From Takakia lepidozioides (taxonomy: Eukaryota > Plantae > Bryophyta): DNA of 64,000 bases. A program made the translations under genes and the position numbers. Where the stretch lies: NCBI GenBank assembly GCA_030704615.1, contig CM060731.1, positions 5,456,001 through 5,520,000 on the forward strand. Direction: 5' to 3'. The notes below the pieces were generated by a model. That model did no database searches, was not told the origin of the DNA, and saw only the letters and a list, made by a program, of their open reading frames with translations. How positions within the stretch are numbered: position 1 is the first letter of the stretch; each line of letters begins with the position of its first letter. Below are positions 60,578-64,000 of this stretch, in pieces.

Positions 60578-61282
60578 GAGTACCTTGATGTCTTGACAAC
60601 TTCTTTTAATTGACATTGCTCATTGGTAATTTTTAGTAATCATTCTTATAAATATGAATAGGAAGTTAATTATTTCTATGACAAGCATGAACAGAGCAGG
60701 AATTTGAAATCAGCACCGGTCAAGTTTGAGCTCATATATAATGTGTATGTTTTTTGCAGGACCTTTGTCACAAGTCAAAAGCATGTGTTTTGCTGCTCAA
60801 GATGCATCTTTTACTACTTGATGTCAATATCGACTTAATTTGTGGTGGTTTTCAGCAGTTGATAGGAAGAACATGAAGGTGGCTGCTCTAAGTATATGCT
60901 TACATATTGTCGCATTCCAAAAAATCCGCGCTCTCGCTGTTGGGCGGTGCTCCACCCCTCTTGCCATATCTATGAGTGTCCTAGTTATGATTTTAGTTAT
61001 GGCTATCCTGTTAGGGTTCCGCCAATATTTTAGCTTTCCGGACTCTTCTTCCTCCGAGCTTAGCGGTGCCGCTATTCTTCCCAGGGCTAACTCACCGGCG
61101 GCGAGTCCTCACACCAATTGTGTCACCCGGCTGCTTTCTCCCACTGTGGTGCTTCTTATCTTCCTCCAGTGTACCCCGGCTCATCGCACAACAATCTACT
61201 GTGACAAGGCGCTTCTTTCAAACTCTACCTGGCAATTTTTGAGTGTTTCGCACCCCTTCCTGGCTACATCGACCTTGACCGC

Positions 61283-62761
61283 TTGCACATCTACATGTTA
61301 TTGGAAGGCTCCTCCATGCCCCCTTCTTTATTCACAAGCTCACAACAGCACGATACATCGCGACGAAGCATGTCTACAGCACCATTCAAGGAGTTTTCGG
61401 CTCAACTCATGTTCTTTTTTTCTATTCTAGACTACGGCCTTATACACACCATCGGGCTACAAGGCGCAGCCGCTCAAGGTGCTGGCACTCATACGGCTGC
61501 TTTCTTCTACTTGGACAACAACAAGCCCACATATCTGCCAGTCCCCACCCGCCACGCCAATCCCGGCCGAGACTGCAACATCCTGAATGTTCATGGGGCA
61601 TGGAAGCACATCTGCTGCACAAAGGGCGAGGTGTGGCTCCTTCAAAACCAGTCATGGCAGTCCCACAACACTCATGCTGCTCACGACCATGGCACCCTCC
61701 CTGATACCCCTGGTAACACCCCCCTCTCCACCCCCACTACTGTCTCAATTCATAAGGAGGAATCTGCTGATCAAAAATGCGATGTAGAGATTCTTGCCAG
61801 TCATGTTTACATTGAGACTAGTTCCTCAAATTCTCCAAAGAGGACCTTCGGGGTCATGGACTCCCATCCTGCCCCTCAACGGACCATTCTTTTGAGATAC
61901 GTCGACATGTTGCCCAGCGTACGGGACATCGAGCCCTGGCCAAAGAATGTGCAGTCTAACCATAGTGCTGCTGAGAGCTACGTTATCCCTCAGGATACTA
62001 TCCCCAACATATCCCCCTGGCTATCCCCTTCTCTCGAGCAACACAGGGAGCCGCGCCACCCTCATATTCATGACCTTCATAGCTACGGCATCGCCAACAG
62101 AAGCTCCGCAGGCCTGTTACCCCAACATCTATCACGGGCGCCGCCACCTCTCCTGGACAGCCAGCATCCCAACGAGCTTACGTCAAGACAGCATATGATA
62201 GCCCAATGGGCGGAATACTGTCAAATTCCCAGCACTCTCTGGATCCATAGATTGCTTCAACAAATTGGGCACCTCCTCCCAGGTGCCCTCTGGCCCATTG
62301 TCACGCATAAATGCGTCAACAAAGGCAACCCGTTGCAACATGCACCACTCGGGCTCTCTGTTGTCTACTCTTTTCTACAAGCCATCGAAGCCCTGACTAG
62401 AACTCCCATTGCTGTGATACGACACCAGACAAAATGGGAACCCGCCTATGCAAATCATCTATCACTCCGGGGCTATGCAGTCTCACCTGATTTGGAGCAG
62501 GCCTATCCCGGTACCAACACTTCTAACTCCCCTTCAACGAGATCTATTTGTTGGCTGACAACACCCGCAGTGGGGAGTAGCAACATCAGCATGAGGTGCG
62601 GTCTCAGGGGCAGAGCTGCTTTGCTCGGTGGCAAAGTTCTTAGTCAGCTCTCCAAAGCTCGTTGGTATGATGTTATCCCCTCTTCAGGTGCACCAAGCCA
62701 TGAACAGGTCATTGACAATATGTATTTTTCCGAGGGTGGAAGGCTTGGCACTTCTAGATGA
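61283..62761 (+). CDS. Long stop-free frame (492 aa) of unknown identity, probably TE-derived
   Basis: Length is unlikely by chance, but no domain was recognised with confidence. Confidence 0.35.
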   Translation: MHIYMLLEGSSMPPSLFTSSQQHDTSRRSMSTAPFKEFSAQLMFFFSILDYGLIHTIGLQGAAAQGAGTHTAAFFYLDNNKPTYLPVPTRHANPGRDCNILNVHGAWKHICCTKGEVWLLQNQSWQSHNTHAAHDHGTLPDTPGNTPLSTPTTVSIHKEESADQKCDVEILASHVYIETSSSNSPKRTFGVMDSHPAPQRTILLRYVDMLPSVRDIEPWPKNVQSNHSAAESYVIPQDTIPNISPWLSPSLEQHREPRHPHIHDLHSYGIANRSSAGLLPQHLSRAPPPLLDSQHPNELTSRQHMIAQWAEYCQIPSTLWIHRLLQQIGHLLPGALWPIVTHKCVNKGNPLQHAPLGLSVVYSFLQAIEALTRTPIAVIRHQTKWEPAYANHLSLRGYAVSPDLEQAYPGTNTSNSPSTRSICWLTTPAVGSSNISMRCGLRGRAALLGGKVLSQLSKARWYDVIPSSGAPSHEQVIDNMYFSEGGRLGTSR

Positions 62762-62819
62762 GTATGTATGCTGGCGTGCAGGGAATGCAGCTAAGAGCAT
62801 CGGGGAGGGGGATTGATTG

Positions 62820-63830
62820 GGTCCACATCCTATCCCAACATCCTCACATTACAACCTCCTTCTTCACCTCTAGCTGTCATCATATGGTCTATACTTCCCA
62901 TGGAATCTCCCACTACCTCTCCAATTCTACAGTCTGTTGGCAGATAACCACACCACCGCCACACAGTTCTCTCAAATTCGGGCTGTTGCAGCCCGCTGCC
63001 GTATACCATTCTCCTCCCCTCACAACGTAGCTGCTCCAGCCTTTTCTTTCCTGGCATGACACACCATCACAACTGCCTTAGTCCGTCGAACTCTACCAAA
63101 CTACCCTCACATTATGCAACGTTGCTCTCTTCCTCCTCCACATGTTAAAATCAACTACTTCACAATCCTCCTCTCCACTTTTACTCGACAGTCCCATTCA
63201 ATTATCTGACTGGGCACTAATCACAATCCCAAACAGTAGCCAACTCCCCATTCATCACCACTCTCTCACACATGCTAACCCCACAGGCTTAAACATCACC
63301 CTCATCAAACTAGAGCCGTTATTCAGCACCCTTGTTAATGCAGCTCTCCGCCACATTACATCTAAACCCAAAACCAGCATGCGTAGCCCCCACCACTCCA
63401 TCAGGTGTCATTACTTCCTCAAACCAGATTTACTAGCGCTATCCATTAACCAGCCAATCCACCTCCTCGTACAACTATCGTTGCCCCTGCCAAGCTCTGC
63501 TAACGGTGCCCGTCTCCCACCCTGCACATGGCGCAAGCCTCATAATCATCTTCCACCAGGCCAATCCATTACAACCGCCGCCAGGCAGTAATCTGCTAGC
63601 AGCCATACTTACTCTCCTCCACCGCTCAAGCTGGCCCTACAACAAAAGCCACCCTCCCAACACCACTAACTATCCACAAATGCTAATCGCCTGTCTACAT
63701 GACACCCACATCAACACTCATCCTATAAAATGCAATACGGACAGTCCCAAACACCTCTCTTCTGCTTGCACCGCTGCCATCACCCACTATATAGCTATTC
63801 TTTCCCCTCCCCCCCCTCTGTGGGCGTGGT
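62820..63830 (+). mobile_element. Highly decayed C-rich LINE-like sequence
   Basis: Same C/A strand bias as 57385-58330; HINTHPIKCN resembles LHIQTTECNP near 57700. Confidence 0.35.
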
Positions 63831-64000
63831 GACGCATGTCTTTGTCAAGTTCTAAGTCTAGTAGCATACAAAAAAGAGCAAGTTGCATCCGCAAACAGAG
63901 TCGATCCATAGAGAAGTCGTCGCTTAGCAAGAGGCCTGCTACCATCTCCCTCTTAGTTCAAAAACTTTCTGTCAACATGGATCACCACCAGGTTCGTGCG

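Overview
Eukaryotic DNA, most likely from a non-seed land plant or other streptophyte (GT-AG introns, TTTAGGG repeats, bryophyte-type TE families). The first ~16 kb is host sequence: a serine carboxypeptidase remnant, a 7-coding-exon DUF7642/bPH_2-like membrane-protein gene (+, 4658-10158), a coiled-coil gene (-, 13746-15026) and three TSD-flanked 3' ends of one LINE family. The remaining ~48 kb is a nested, mostly decayed transposon cluster whose elements carry unusual cargo. (1) An L1 is interrupted by an ~86-bp telomere-repeat insert that resembles reverse-transcribed telomerase RNA. (2) A GCM/SWIM Mutator-like element carries a spliced beta-class N4C/N6A DNA methyltransferase-like gene. 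(3) A Ty3/gypsy element has a complete C5-cytosine methyltransferase in frame between protease and RT. (4) A 13.1-kb CACTA element has a TnpA-like gene that splices into an FCP1/SCP-type phosphatase. (5) An Athila/Tat-like gypsy has an extra 5' ORF. (6) Dualen-like LINE pieces contain a chromodomain, an adenine-MTase-like segment and RNase H. (7) A degenerate hAT is present. All family assignments are by eye from motifs; no searches were run.
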